NCBI RefSeq assembly: GCF_009914755.1
Contig: NC_060928.1
Strand: one strand, 5' to 3'
Length of the DNA: 64,000 nt
Source of the DNA: the human T2T-CHM13v2.0 reference genome, Homo sapiens
Part shown: piece after piece, positions 14,006-27,732 of the stretch
How the letters are laid out: each line of letters starts with the position of its first letter
Position numbering within the stretch: the stretch's first letter is position 1
Program-made: the position numbers and the translations under genes
The notes under the pieces: model-generated
What the model was told of the DNA's origin: nothing
Database searches by the model: none
Seen by the model: only the letters and a program-made list of their open reading frames with translations

Positions 14006-17000
14006 AAAAGAATAGAAATCATGCAATGACTGCTGTCAGACTACTAAGGAATTCTACTAGAAATTAATAACAGAAAGATACCTGAAAACATCTCCAAATA
14101 CTTGGAGATTAAGCAACATATTTCTAAATAACACATGGGTCACAAAAGAATTACCAAGATAAATTTTAAAATGTTTTCAAGGAAATGAAGTTGAAAATGT
14201 AACTTACCAAAGGTAAATCTGTAGACTGAATTCGTGAATTGGAAAAGAATGAAGACCTAAAATCAATTTTCTAAGCTTCCACTTTAGAAAACTAAAAAAA
14301 GAAGAGCAAATTAAACCCCAAAAAATAGTCAAATAAAAAATAAATAAATAATTTAGACAATAAATCAACGAAACTGATAAAAGACATCAATAGAGAAAAT
14401 AAAATGAAATGCTGTTTTTTTAAAAAAAGATAATATAAATAAGCCTCTACCAAGCTAAGAAAAAAGATATGCATTACTAATATCAGAAATAAAAGAAGGA
14501 ATATCATTGTAGATCACATAAACATTGAAAGGATAATAAAGGAATATTATGAACAACTCTATGCTCACAAATTTGATAAACTAGATGAAATGAACCACTA
14601 CATTGAAACAATCAGCAAAAACTCATACAAGAACAAATAGACAACTTGGATAAGTCTATATCTATTAAATAAATTGAAACAATAACTAATAACCTTCCAA
14701 ACAGAAAGTGCAAGGCCTCGATGGGTTCAATGGTAAATTCTAACAGTTTAGGAAGAAATTATACCAATTCTCTACATTCTCTTCCAGAAGATAGAAGCAG
14801 AGGGGTTGCTTCCTAATTCATTTTATGAAGCTGGCTTTATTCTAATACCAAAACCAGACAAATACATTACAAGAAAAGAGAGAAAACTACATATCAATAT
14901 CTCTATGAAAACAGACACAAACATCCTCAATAAAATATTAGCAAATTGATTCCATTGTTGTATGAAAATAACTATTGACTAAGTGGGATTCATCCTGATA
15001 TGCAAGGCTGGTTCAACATTTTAAGTCAATTCACGTAATCCATCACATTAGTAACCTAAAGAAGAAAAATCACATGACCAGAGCAAGAGATGCAGAAAAA
15101 TCATTTGACAATATCCAAAACCCATTCATGATGAAAACTCATAACGGACAAGAAAAAGAAAAGAGCTTCCTAAACTTGATGAAGAACATGTACAAATAAG
15201 CTACATGTAACATCATATTTAATGATGAGAAACTTGAGGCCTTAGCCCTAGATTAGGAACAAGGCAAGGTGGTCACCTCTCACCACCAATTTATAACATT
15301 GTAATAGAAGTTCTAGCTAATAGACAAAAATAATAATAATAAAAAGTATGCAAACTAGGGGGGGAAAAAGAAGCAAAACTGTCCTTATTCACAGATAGCA
15401 TAATCATCTATGTAGAAGATCTGAAAGAATCAACAACAAACTTCCAGAACTTATAAGTGATTATAGCAAGTTTGCAGATTATGAGGTTAGTGTGCAAAAG
15501 TCAATCATTTTCCTGTATTAGCAATGGATAACTGAAATTTGAAATTAAAAGCAAATTATCATTTATATTATCATCTAAAAATTGAATTGCTTAAATATCT
15601 AACAAAACTTTCACAAGATTTATCTGAGGAAAACTACAAAACTCTGATGTAAGATTTCAAAGAAGACCTAAATAAATGAAGATCCATTTTATGTTAATTT
15701 ATAAGAAGACTCAATGTTGATTTTCAAGATGTCAGTTCTTCCCAACTTGATTTATAGATTCAATGCAATTCCAGTCAAAATCCCAGGAAATTATATCGTG
15801 GGTATTGACAAACAGATTCTGAAGTTTGCATGGAAAGGCAAAAGACTCAAAAGAGCCATTTCAATATTGAAGGAGAACCAAGGTAGAGAACTGACACTAT
15901 CCAACTTCAAGACATATTGTAAAACTACAGTCATCTAGACAATGTGCTATTGGACAAAAATATGTACATATATTAATTGATCAGTGGAACAGAACACAGA
16001 ACAAAGAAATAGATCCATATAAATATGGTCAACTGATTTTTGACAAAAGAGCAAAGGCAATATAATAGAAAAAAAAGATAATCCTTTTAACAAATAGTGC
16101 TAGAACAACTAGACAGCCACATGGGAAAAAATGAATCTAGACACAGACTTTTCTTCCTTCACAAAAATTATAATCAAAATAGATTATAGACCTAAATGTA
16201 AAATTCAAAACTGTAAAACTCCTACAACATATCAGGAGAAAACCTAGATAACCTTGGGCATGGCAATGACTTTTTAGATACAATACCAAAGGCACAGTCC
16301 ATGAAGAAATAATTAATAAGGCGGGGTTCTTTAAAAGTGAAAACATCTGCTCTGCAAAAGACATTGTCAAGAGAATAATTAGACAAGCCATAGAGAGGAA
16401 ATTTTTGCAAAAGACACATCTAATAAAGGACTATTATTATTCAAAGAATACAATGAGCTCTTAAAACTCAACAATAAGAAAATAAAACATCTGATGAAAA
16501 AATAGGCAAAAATCTGAATAGACAGCTCATTAAAGAAGATATACAGATGGAAAGTGAGCATATGAAAAGGTATTGTATTAGTCAGTTCTCGTGCTGCTTA
16601 TAAAGACATACCTGAGGCTGGGTAATTTATAAGGAAAGAGGTTTAGTTGACTTACAGTTCCACATGGCTCGAGAGGCCTCAGGAAACTTACAATCGTTGT
16701 GGAAGGCGAAGCAAACACATCCTTCTTTACATGGAAGGAGAAGTGCCAAGAAAAAGGGGAAAGCCCCTTGTAAAACCATCAGATTTCATGAGAACCTCAC
16801 TATCACAAGAATAGCATGAGGGTAACTGCAACCATAATTAAATTACCTCCCATTGTGTCCCTCCAATGACATGTGGGGATTATGGGAACTACAATTCAAG
16901 GTGAGATTTGAGTGGGGCACAGCCAAGTCATATCAGATGTTTAACATTATATGTCACTAGGGAATTGCAAAATAAAACAAAAATGAATTATCACTAACCA

Positions 17001-17868
17001 GTTGTTAGATTGGGTAAAATTCTAAGCACAGGTCACACCAAATAAATGCTGGTGAGGATGTAAGGCAACAGAAACTCTCGTACATTGCCAGCAGGAATGC
17101 AAAAAGGTACAGCTATTTTGGAAGACAGTTTTTTTTTTTTTAAGAAAAAACAACTAAACATACTATTATAATGTGCTCCTTGGTATTTACCCAAATAAAT
17201 TGAAAATTTATATCCATTCAAGAAAACATGCATATGGATGCTATAGCAGCTTTATTATAATTGCCAAAAGTTCAAAGCAACCAAGATGTCATTTTGTAAG
17301 TGAATGGATAAAATAAACTGTGGTACATCAAGACAATAGAATAGTATTCAGCACTAAAAAAAATGAGCTATTAAGGCATGAAAAACATAGGGGAAACTTA
17401 CATGCATATTACTATGCAAAGGAACTCAACCTGAAAAGGCTACACACTATATAAATCCAAATATATTAAATTCTTGAAAAAAAAAATATAGAGACACCGA
17501 AAAGATCAGTGGTTCCAAGGGTAAGCAGGAAGTGGGGAACAAATAGCAGAGCACAGAGGATTTTTAGGGCAGTGAAACTATTCTGTATGACTCTTTTTAT
17601 AAGTCTCTTTGTTAAAATCAATACGATATGCAACAAACACCAAGAGGGAACTCTAAAGTAAATTTTTGGATTTTGAGTAATAACAATGTATCAAGGTAGA
17701 GCCATTGATTGTAACAAATGTCCCACCTTGGTGCTGGATATCCATAATTGGAGAAGTTGTGCCCGTGTGGGGACAGGAAAACATGGGAACTCTTTGTACC
17801 TTCCACTCAATTTTGCTGTAAACCTAAAATTATCCTAAAACATAAAGTTTATTTTTTTTAAAAAAAGA
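14005..17868 (+). mobile_element. L1MC1/2-like LINE-1, degenerate ORF2 plus 3' UTR
   Basis: ORF2 peptides ([16 protein letters not shown]); L1MC-type 3' end ctcaattttgctgtaaacctaaaa. Confidence 0.85.
16574..16935 (-). mobile_element. THE1-type solo LTR inserted in the L1MC
   Basis: tgtattagtc ... catatca termini, ~360 bp. Confidence 0.9.
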
Positions 17869-18169
17869 GAATATTGCCAATACTTTGCAAATTAGCTGTC
17901 CTTGCCAGTGTGTATATCATTCCTTAATAGGAAGTTAGGCAGTGAGGATAATGGACTATTTGTTAGGAAGAAATTGAACAATTATTGGTGAAACTAAGCA
18001 TTTTCCAAAGTACTCTTCAAAAGAAAGTTTCTTTTAGGAAATAATTTTGAGAAATGCTGTCTATTATATTCTCTCTTGGAAAGCAACACGGCATATCTGC
18101 TAATATGCCCTGGAGTAAAGAAATCTACTTAACCTTGTTTAATGCAGGACTTATTTATTCAGCAAAACC

Positions 18170-18390
18170 TTATCTAACATGTCCTTTGTGGGAGGCACTC
18201 TTCTAGGCATTTGCTCAAGTTTTAACTCTTTTAATCTTCATGAGAATCCTTTGAGGGAGCCATTATTATTATTATCATCTTACAAATTTTAAAACTAAAA
18301 TCTACATTGTAAATAAATTAAATAAATTGCCCAAAGTCAGTAACTGGTAAATTGTGGAGCTGGGATTCAAATACATGTATGTGATCATGA
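18170..18390. mobile_element. MIR fragment
   Basis: ttgcccaaagtc...gagctgggattcaaa. Confidence 0.55.
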
Positions 18391-18444
18391 AACCACCTCT
18401 TCATAAAACAATGACAATAAAATTGAATTGGTGTTCTGACACAC

Positions 18445-18648
18445 CTTGGGAATCATTAGTACACCACATTACAGTTTTAAAATGTTTTCTATGCCTTTTC
18501 TTTTCATTTGTAAGTACAATCACTCTAGAGCTAGATGGCACAGGGACATTTTATAAATAATTATTTTTCTTGGTTTTCAGAGCTAATAAGTTGAAGCTTC
18601 AGTTTTGATATACTGAACTCCAACGTGTATTCTCTGCAATACATTCTG
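18445..18648 (-). pseudogene. Exon remnant, ~204 nt
   Basis: ccttgctttttcAG| phase 2 RMYCREYTLEFSISKLKLQLISSENQEK*, frameshift, ...KTVMWCTNDSQ AAG|GTGTGT phase 1. Confidence 0.5.
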
Positions 18649-19085
18649 CTGAAAAAGCAAGGTGTTCTAATGTACAAATAAAGATGGGAAAAGGGCAGGT
18701 AGTGAGAGGATACTGGGCTGTAAGACAGAAAAGGGATTTGGAGGACAAATGTAAAATTATAAGGGGCCTTTAATTCCTGGCTAAAGAACTTGGAAGTGAT
18801 TGAAAATGCTGATTCGGTGAGAGATGTTGAGCTGATCAGGGAAACATTCAAATCAGTTATGTAAAGGCAAGTTCATACAATACAAACAATACATGTGATG
18901 GAAAAATAATGGAAGCTGGGAGACCCACAAATTATTAAATTAGTGGTATGATCTAAATTAAAGGTTGTTTGATCGGATAACCAGAATTTTATGCTCCTAA
19001 ATAATACAGAAGAAGGTTTATATTACAGTAATGTAACATTAGAGTTAAAACAAATTTACATAAAATTGAGTAATCTTCTATTTAC

Positions 19086-19339
19086 TCCTTTTTATAAGTC
19101 TCTATTTCATCTGCAGGCAGAGTGAAGTTCTTTCCTGGCTTCTCTTTAGGAGGAGAGTACTGATTGCTCTTTTGAACTGGAAAAATTATTGCATTGCTAC
19201 TCTGTTGCACAAAATGAGGGAAGCATGTGCTGTGAATCTGCAAGAAACCCCTTGCCAACTGCTCCGTGTCCTTTATCTGCATTTTACAATAAGGCCTCCT
19301 TTTTCTTAAAGGCACCTGGGCTGTTTTCAACTTAACATT
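19086..19339 (-). pseudogene. Exon remnant, 254 nt, stop-free
   Basis: ttcttctatatttgttgtctttAG| ... GA|GTAAAT; phase 0 to 2, NVKLKTAQVPLRKRRPYCKMQIKDTEQLARGFLQIHSTCFPHF...ETYKK. Confidence 0.65.
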
Positions 19340-19683
19340 CTAAAGACAACAAATATAGAAGAACAGTTCTTAAGGTAATTATATAGTGCTGTTTCCGTGT
19401 GATTAGGTCAACCTGACAAATACTCAAAACTGAAACAGAACTCTAAACTATGCTGCTCACAAGGAAGTAAGCACAGCCTCAATAGATTTTTCAAGATTGG
19501 GACAAAAACATGATGTAAGACTCCCTCCTTTAAAAAAAAAAAAAATCACCAAACCTGAGGAATGGAAAATCAATTGTGACCATGAAATATATATGCATAT
19601 AGTTTTTAATGTGATTTCCAAGATTGGATCACTAACTCAAAACTTCTACATATGTTCCCATCTTCAGTCTTAGACAAAATGAC

Positions 19684-19926
19684 CTCATGAGCTGACACAC
19701 TTGCTCTGAGACTTGCAGACCGCTAGGACTGTTTTCAGGCAGGCTATTGAGGAAACAGGGTCAGGCCCTACAAGCATCCTGATCTGGGCTTCGTTGTAGA
19801 TTGCACGTTCCGAACCCGTTTCTGCCTGCACTGTCAGTACATTATGCTGCAGGCTGCATGCGGTTTCTATTCTCGTTTCCATTCTGTTGCTTTCAATGTT
19901 TTTGGAATCAGTTGAAGCTGAAACAT
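19684..19926 (-). pseudogene. Exon remnant, ~240 nt, open for 80 codons, donor uncertain
   Basis: cttttcttccaAG| phase 1 VSASTDSKNIESNRMETRIETACSLQHNVLTVQAETGSERAIYNEAQIRMLV...; CpG-rich. Confidence 0.55.
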
Positions 19927-20552
19927 CTTGGAAGAAAAGTTTGGTTTTTTTTGAACCCCCTGGTTTCAATTATTTCTAAATCTGACGCACAAACACTGCT
20001 TTTAAAGATATGCGACTGAAGTGCCAAATAAGGATCTTTTGATTTTTTGAAATACATGTGGTTGAAATTTGAGACCTGGCTGCTGCCAAGCTGCAGTTCA
20101 GGGAATAGAATACTGGCACAAGAAAATGAGCCGTTGTTCAGAGGATAATGTTAGAAGGAACTGTCCTACAGAAGGAAAATGTAAATTTTCATGATTTAGC
20201 TTATGCTTGTGGGACAATTCCATAATCCTTTGTTAAACACGTAAAAGTTGAAATGCTGACTCTCCTGTTGTTTATTCAGGTTCTCAGCTATAAATTTCTC
20301 ACATACATAAGCCTGATTTAGACTAAATCCTTATAATATTAATTTTTTAAAAATGCATTCGCAAGATATCATGCCACACTCAGACTAATCCAAACAATTC
20401 CACATTTTTCAGTGAAACCTGAAGATAATAATATGTACTGATTTCTCTAAAAGTATAGTAGTTTAATAGACTCTTCTGGTGCAACTGGAATTGCAGTAAG
20501 ATCTTTTAGGCTAAAGCATTATTCAGAAGGAAAGCATCAAAGTATAATTTAC

Positions 20553-20630
20553 CTGTTTGTGACAAGTGCTAGAAGTTCCTCCAATAAATTACAGTAGAGA
20601 AATCATAGTAAAGTCACCGTACTTCAATAT
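20553..20630 (-). pseudogene. Exon remnant, 78 nt
   Basis: atgctAG| ... CAG|GTAAAT; phase 1 to 1 fits both neighbours. Confidence 0.5.
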
Positions 20631-21319
20631 CTAGCATTTTAGCCAATGGTACACATAAAAAGTAAGATCAATAGTACTATCATTTTGACTTGATTTGCCA
20701 AGGGTAGACGCCACATTTGGCAAAATATACCAAGAACTATTATATCAACTAAGACAATATAAAGGTTGAAACGATATTATGTTGCCAAAGAGGACCATGA
20801 AGAAATAGCAAAATCATAAAGGAAAATCAACATGCAGTACAAGCAAATATGGGCAATTTTAAGGATCACAACAGGAAAAGAAAAGGCACTATTTAAGTAT
20901 TTCCAGAGTGTATTACCCTAACCTTAGAATTGGGTATCTCAGACAGGTAAGAGGAAGAAAGTGAGACTCAAAGTATTTTTCATAAGATTCTGTATGATTT
21001 GAATTATTTGTGCAATAAGTGAACATATATTAATTTAATACAACTGGTTTGTAAAGTTTACTTTTTAAAAATTCAACATAAATTCCCAGAATCACTATAC
21101 TTTTCTAAAAGTATCTACTGTGCACTGTGTACCTTTCAGTAACAAAATATATACAAAGATAACAAGTCCCTTTAGAAATTTATACTAAAACTGCCATTAT
21201 GTTACATCAAATCTACAGATTAAATGTGAAAGTATGTCAGCTAAGCCTATGGTTGGTTTTATACAGGCTGAACATCCAGATAAATTAATGCAACTTTTAC
21301 TATTTTTTGTTTAATAGTG

Positions 21320-22100
21320 TAAGGCACAACCATAAAAAAAGTTATCTACAAGTTTGAAAGACAAAATAGATATGACTCATTCATAATATGGTAATCACAG
21401 GGCAATAATTGGAGAAAATATTTGAAGGTAATAGAAACATTTTGTGAGTATTATATATTTATAAGAGAATCTAGAATAGAAAGTGTTATTTGTTTCTATT
21501 TTGTCTTAAAGGTATTCCAGAAAAATACTTAAGATATCAGAAGTGTTTATTTTGAAACTAGAGAAAGGTTTGTTGAGCTTAAAAGAATGGCGGATTCAAA
21601 TTGCAGGCTTGAAAAGAAACATGGAGGCAATCAAAGATTAGTGGTTAAAAAAATATTCTGAAGATTGATACATAATACCACAAGAACATGAACAAATTAA
21701 AATTTTTTGAATAAAAAGATAGTAGAGTCAATATGGGAATTTTAAAAATTCTTTCAAATTATATGCAAAACTTTAGGTTAAAGAAATTTAAAGACCAAAT
21801 TAATGAATTAATGAATCGAAAGACAGAACTAAGGGAAACTCTCAGAAACTAAGAGGGAAAGAGAGAATTTGAGATTAAGAGATGTGCAGAAAAATTTGAG
21901 GACCTCGAATACCTGCCTAATTCCATAAAGAAAACATATAGGAATGCCCCAAAGAGGCCATGTTTGAAGATATAAGAGCTGAGATTTTCCTGAAAACTTA
22001 CGACATAAAAATATTTTTAAAATCCACCAAATACCTGATACACATCTATATACACCATAACGTAGTTTGGTATTTTGGTAGCAAATAAAAATATTCGAAA
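21320..22100 (+). mobile_element. Very old L1 (L1ME-like) ORF1-region remnant; continues about 25005-25410
   Basis: A-rich, degenerate ORF1-like sequence flanking the younger L1. Confidence 0.4.
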
Positions 22101-22110
22101 ATTCCAGAAA

Positions 22111-25002
22111 TCAACAAATGGACATACTGCTGGGCAGAGTAATAGAGAAGAAAAGAGAGAAGACTCAAATAGACGCAATAAAAAATGATAAAAGAGATAT
22201 GACCACCAATCCCACAGAAATACAAACTACCATCAGAAAATACTATAAACACCTCTACGCAAATAAACTAGAAAATCTAGAAGAAATGGATAAATTCCTG
22301 GACACATACACCCTCCCAAGACTAAACCAGGAAGAAGATGAATTCCTCAATAGACCAAATAATAACTTCAGAAATTGAGGTAGTAATTAATAGCCTATCA
22401 ACCAAAAAAAAGTCCAGGACCAGACGGATTCATAGCCAAATCCTACCAGAGGTGCAAAGAGGAGCTGGCACCATTCCTTATGAAACAATTCCAAACAATA
22501 GAATCCATCCTAACTCATTTTAGGAAGCAGTATCATCCTGATTCCAAAACCCAGCAGAGACACAACAAAAAAAGAAAATTTCAGGCTAATATCCCTCATG
22601 AACATCGCTGATAAAATCCTCAATAAAATACTGGCAAACCAAATCCAGCAGCACATCAAAAAGCTTATCAACCACAATCAAGTTGGCTTCATCCCTGGGA
22701 TGCAAGGCTGTTTCAACATATGCAAATTAATAAACGTCAGCCATCACACAAACAGAACCAATGCAAAAACCACATGATTATCTCAATAGATGCAGAAAAG
22801 GCCTTCGACAAAATTCAACAGCCTTCATGCTAAAAACTCTCAATAAACTAGGTATTGATGGAACGTATCTGAAAATAATAGATATTTATGAGAAACCCAT
22901 AGCCAATGTATTACTGAATAGGCAAAAACTGGAAGCATTCCCTTTGAAAACCAGCACAAGACAAGGATTCCCTCTCTCACCACTCCTATTCAACATAGTA
23001 GTGGAAGTTCTGGCCAGGGCAATCAGGCAAGAGAAAGAAATAAGGGATATTCAATTAGGAAAAGAGGAAGTCAAATTGTCTCTGTTTGCAGATGACATAA
23101 TTGTATATTTAGAAAGCCCCATCATCTCAGCCCGAAATCTTAAGCAGATAAGCAACTTCAGCAAAGTCTCAGGATACAAAATCAATGTGCAAAAATCACA
23201 AGTATTCCTATACACCAATAACAGAAAAACAGAGAGCCAAATCATGAGTGAATTCCCATTCACAATTGCTACAAAGAGAATAAAATACCTAGGAATACAA
23301 CTTGCAAGGGATGTGAAGGACCTCTTCAAGGAGAACTACAAACCACTGCTCAAGAAAATAAGAGAGGACACAAACAAATGGAAAAACATTCCATGCTCAT
23401 GGATAGGAAAAATCAATATTCTCAAAATGGCCATGCTTCCCAAAGTAATTTATAGATTCAATGCTATTCCCATCAAGCTACAATTGACTTTCTTCACAGA
23501 ACTGGAAAAACCTACTTTAAATTTCATATGGAACCAAAAAAGAGCCCACATAGCCAATATAATCCTAAGCAAAAAGAACAAAGCTGGAGGCATTATGCTA
23601 CCTGACTTCAAATTATACTACAAGGCTACAGTAATAAAAACAGCATGTTACTGGTACCAAAACAGTTATATAGACCAATGGAACATAACAGAGCCCTCAG
23701 AAATAACACTACATATCTACAACCATCTTATCTTTGACAAACCTGCCAAAAACAAGCAATGGGGAAAGGATTCCCTATTTAATAAATGGTGTTGGGAAAA
23801 CTGACGAGCCATATGCAGAAAACTGAAACTGGATCCCTTCCTTACACCATATACAAAAATTAACTCAAGATGGATTAAAAACTTAAATGTAAGATCTAAA
23901 ACTATAAAAACCGTAGAAGAAAACCTAGACAATGCCATTCAGGACATAGGCATGGGTAAAGATTTCATGACTAAGACACCAAAAGCAATGGCAACGAAAG
24001 CCAAAATTGACAAATGGGATCTAATTAAACTAAAGAGCTTCTGCACAGCAAAAGAAACTATCATCAGAGTGAACAGGCAACCTACAGAATGGGAGAAAAT
24101 GTTTACAATCTACCCATCTGACAAAGAGCTAATATTCAGAATCTACAAACAACTTAAACAAATTTACAAGAAAAAAAAACATCAAAAAGTGGGCAAAGGA
24201 TATGAGCAGCCAGTTCTCAAAGAAGACATTTATGCAGCCAACAAACATATGAAAAACAAGCTCATCATTACTGGTCATTAGAGAAATGCAAATCAAAACC
24301 AGAATGAGATAACTTCTCATGCCAGTTAGAATGGCAGTCGTTAAAATGTCAGGAAACAACAGATGCTGGAGAGGATGTGAAGAAATAGGAGCTCTTTTAT
24401 ACTGTTGGTGGGAGTGTAAATTAGTTCAACCATTGTAGAAGACAGTGTGGCAATTCCTCAAGGATCTAGAACTAGAAATACCATTTGACCCAGCAATCCC
24501 ATTACTGGGTATACACCCAAAGGATTATAAATCATTCTACTATAAACATACATGCACATGTATGTTTACTGTGGCACTGTTCACAATAGCAAAGACTTGG
24601 AACCCACCCAAATAACCCATCAATAATGGACTGGATAAAGAAAATGTGGCACATATACACCACAGAATACTATGCAGACATAAAAAAGGATGAGTTCATG
24701 TCCTTTGCAGGAACATGGATGAAGCTGGAAACCATTATTCTCAGCAAACTATCACAAGAACAGAAAACCAAACACCGCATATTGTCACTCATAAGTGGGA
24801 GTTGAACAATGAGAACACATGGACACAGGGAGGGGAACATCACATACTGGGGCCTGCTGGGCAGTGGGGTCTAGGGGAGGGATAGCATTAGGAGAAATAC
24901 CTAATGTAGATGACGGATTGATGGGTGCAGCAAACCACCATGGCACATCAAACCTGCATGTTCTGCACATGTACCCCAGAACTTAAAGTCCAATAAAAAA
25001 AA
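22111..25002 (+). mobile_element. 5'-truncated L1PA7-like LINE-1
   Basis: ORF2 fragments including LFADD (ORF 22761-23804), 3' UTR ggagaaatacctaatgtagatgacgg, imperfect TSD aaa(t)tccagaaa. Confidence 0.92.
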
Positions 25003-25412
25003 ATCCAGAAAAACAGAATAATTTTCTACAAGCTAACTTTACCAATTAACTTAATGACAGACTTCTTATTCACAGAAATATGTGATAGAAGTTAGTCAAT
25101 TCATATATTAATATGGCTGTGGGAAAATTACTTTGTACATCATTAAATGCCTGGTCAGACTATCACTCAAAAGTTAAGTTAAATCAATTAAATTATGAAT
25201 GAAAACATTTCTCTAAACCAGAAACACAATAAGTTGAGTCAACCCCTCACTGAAAAATATAATTAAAGGTCAGGTTTCAGCAAGAAAAAATTGACCATAT
25301 GGTAAGCCTCAGAAATAAAGTTTCCACAGATTCTTAATAACTGATATTGTAAGGCTGCCTTTTTCATCACAGACTTATAAAGTTAGAAGACAGACATCAA
25401 CAAAACTGAAAC

Positions 25413-26331
25413 TGAGAGGTGAAGCTGGCTGGGCTTCTGGGTCAGGTGGGGACTTGGAGAACTTTTCTGTCTAGCTAAAGGATTTTAAATGCACCAATCA
25501 GCGCTCTGTGTCTAGCTAAAGGTTTGTAAATGCACCAATCAGCACTTTGTGTCTAGCTAATTGGGTAGGGAACTTGGACAATTTTTCTGTCTAGCTAAAG
25601 GACTGTAAATGCACCAATCAGTGCTCTGTGTCTAGCTAAAGGTTTGTAAATGCACCAATCAGCTCTCTATGTCTAGTTAATTGGGTGGGGACTTGGATAA
25701 CTTTTCTGTCTAGCTAAAGTATTGTAAATGCACCAATCAGCACTCCATATCTAGCTAAAATTTGTAAACACACAATAAGCACTCTGTAAAAATGGACCAA
25801 TCAGCACTCTGTAAAATGGACCAATCAGATCTCTGTAAAATGGACCAATCAGCTCTCTGTAAAATGGACCAATCAGCAGGATGTGGGTGGAGCCAAATAA
25901 GGGAATAAAAGCAGCCCACCTGCGCCAGCAGTGGAAACCCACTTGGGTCCCCTTCCACGCTGTGGAAGCTTTGTTCTTTCACTCTTCACAATAAATCTTG
26001 CTACTGCTCACTCTTTAGGTCTGCACTACTTTTATGAACTGTAACACTCACTGAGAAGGTCTGCAGCTTCACTCCTGAAGCCAGTGAGACCACAAACCCA
26101 CTGGAAGGAACAAACAACCGTGGACGCACCACCTTTGTGAGCTGTAACACTCACCACAAAGGTCTGCAGCTTCACTCCTGAAGCCAGCGAGACCACGAAC
26201 CCACTGGGCGGAACGAACAACTCCAGACGTGCCATCTTTAAGAACTGTAACACTCACTTCAAGGGTCCACAGCTTCATTCTTGAAGTCAGCGAGACCAAG
26301 AACCCACCAGAAGGAACCAATTCCGGACACA
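25413..26331 (+). mobile_element. LTR12 (ERV9) solo LTR
   Basis: tgagaggtgaagc ... ccggacaca termini, 4-bp TSD aaac, tandem CCAAT repeats, U5 repeats ctgtaacactcac. Confidence 0.95.
25490..25915 (+). promoter_or_regulatory. LTR12 U3 promoter: nine CCAATCAG boxes and TATA-like AATAAAA
   Basis: CCAAT boxes counted in sequence; LTR12 is a known NF-Y-driven promoter; activity here untested. Confidence 0.6.
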
Positions 26332-27732
26332 AAACAACCAAACAGGACAAAAGCACACATATTTGAAGACCATAAAAATCACTTCCAAGTAATCAGTAAT
26401 CCAAGAGTTGAGGAAATAAAATCACATTGCATTGACCAAAACCTCCAAAATGACTAATTATTTGAGCAATGATGGTGATTGTGGCATTACTTTTTAAAAT
26501 GCTTTTGAAGTTAAAAAATTAAGTACAGTGTGTTGCAATGAGCTTTGTTATATACACACAAAACAGGCTAAGTAAAGTTCTCTTCTACTCTTAACAAACA
26601 TACACAAACACATACATGCATACATAATGTGTGTAAGATAGTGAATGTTATTGAATGTCTCTTCTGTGTCTATTGAGATGATCAAGAATTCTGCTAATAG
26701 AGTGACAAAATATTGGTAGTAAGGTAGTATATAAAGTATTGATATCAAACCTTCCTTGCATAAATACTGTTAGTCTTGATGTATTTTTAAAATATTTCAC
26801 ATATTTCCTCAAATGCAGCAGAATGAGATTGCAAGATATCTCAATGAGATGTCTGGCATTAGTATTTGTAAAATGCCATTTATTCTCTTATTTTTACTAG
26901 CTTTTTATTCACCAAAAGAGTTAATAAAAACTCATGTTAAACATTCAAATAGCATAGTTAATGCAGTAAAAAGATGTTCTTTACTCCTCACTTTCCTGCC
27001 CAGGAAATCTACTCTTTACAGCTACTCTACATCATTTCAGAAAGTGTTCATATAATCTACATATTTATCACTTTAACATAACTTCGCATATATTTTAATA
27101 CTGTTCTAAGAATTGATTTTAGAGGAATATGCTAATTACCCTAATCTGATCACTATACATTATATGTATCGTATGTCTGTGTACCCCATGAATATGTAGA
27201 ATTATTATTCATCAATTTAAAAAATCGAAATATATTTAAAAGATCCTTATTATGTAAACATATGGAACTACTCTTCTTTCTTTTTTAATGATTGTTTGGT
27301 ATTACCTGGTATGGCTATAGCATCATTACATGAAAAATATTAGGTGGCTTCCAGTTTTTTGGTATCATAACCAGGACTTCAGCAAATATATTTGTAGAAA
27401 TATTCTTTAATACATGTGCAAATATATCCACATGATAAACTTCTAGAAGTTAAAATTGCTGAGTCAAAGTAAAATATTTATATTTTTATAGATCCTGCCA
27501 AACTGCCATCAAAACAGATTAAAATAATTCTAATTAGACCCCCTTTGAATAAGAATGATTGTTTCTTCATTCTCTACAGGTTCCTCCTTCCTCCTGTATA
27601 TTAACAGATATTTTATTATTTGAGAAAATAAGAAAAATTGAAGTTATTATTATTTTAATTTTCACTTCTTCAAAATATGGGCACAATCATGCAGTTTCAT
27701 GGGAAGGTAGTCTACTTGCATTTCTTTTGGGT

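Noticed and set aside
20700-20945. Hydrophobic minus-strand frame that might be another exon
   Set aside because: No clear acceptor/donor pair or phase fit; left uncalled.
22761-23804. 347-aa reverse-transcriptase-like ORF
   Set aside because: Fragment of a 5'-truncated, frameshifted L1PA7-like ORF2, not a domesticated gene.
25490-26300. Regularly spaced repeats superficially like a CRISPR array
   Set aside because: They are the known U3 CCAAT and U5 tandem repeats of LTR12; no unique spacers, and the context is eukaryotic.
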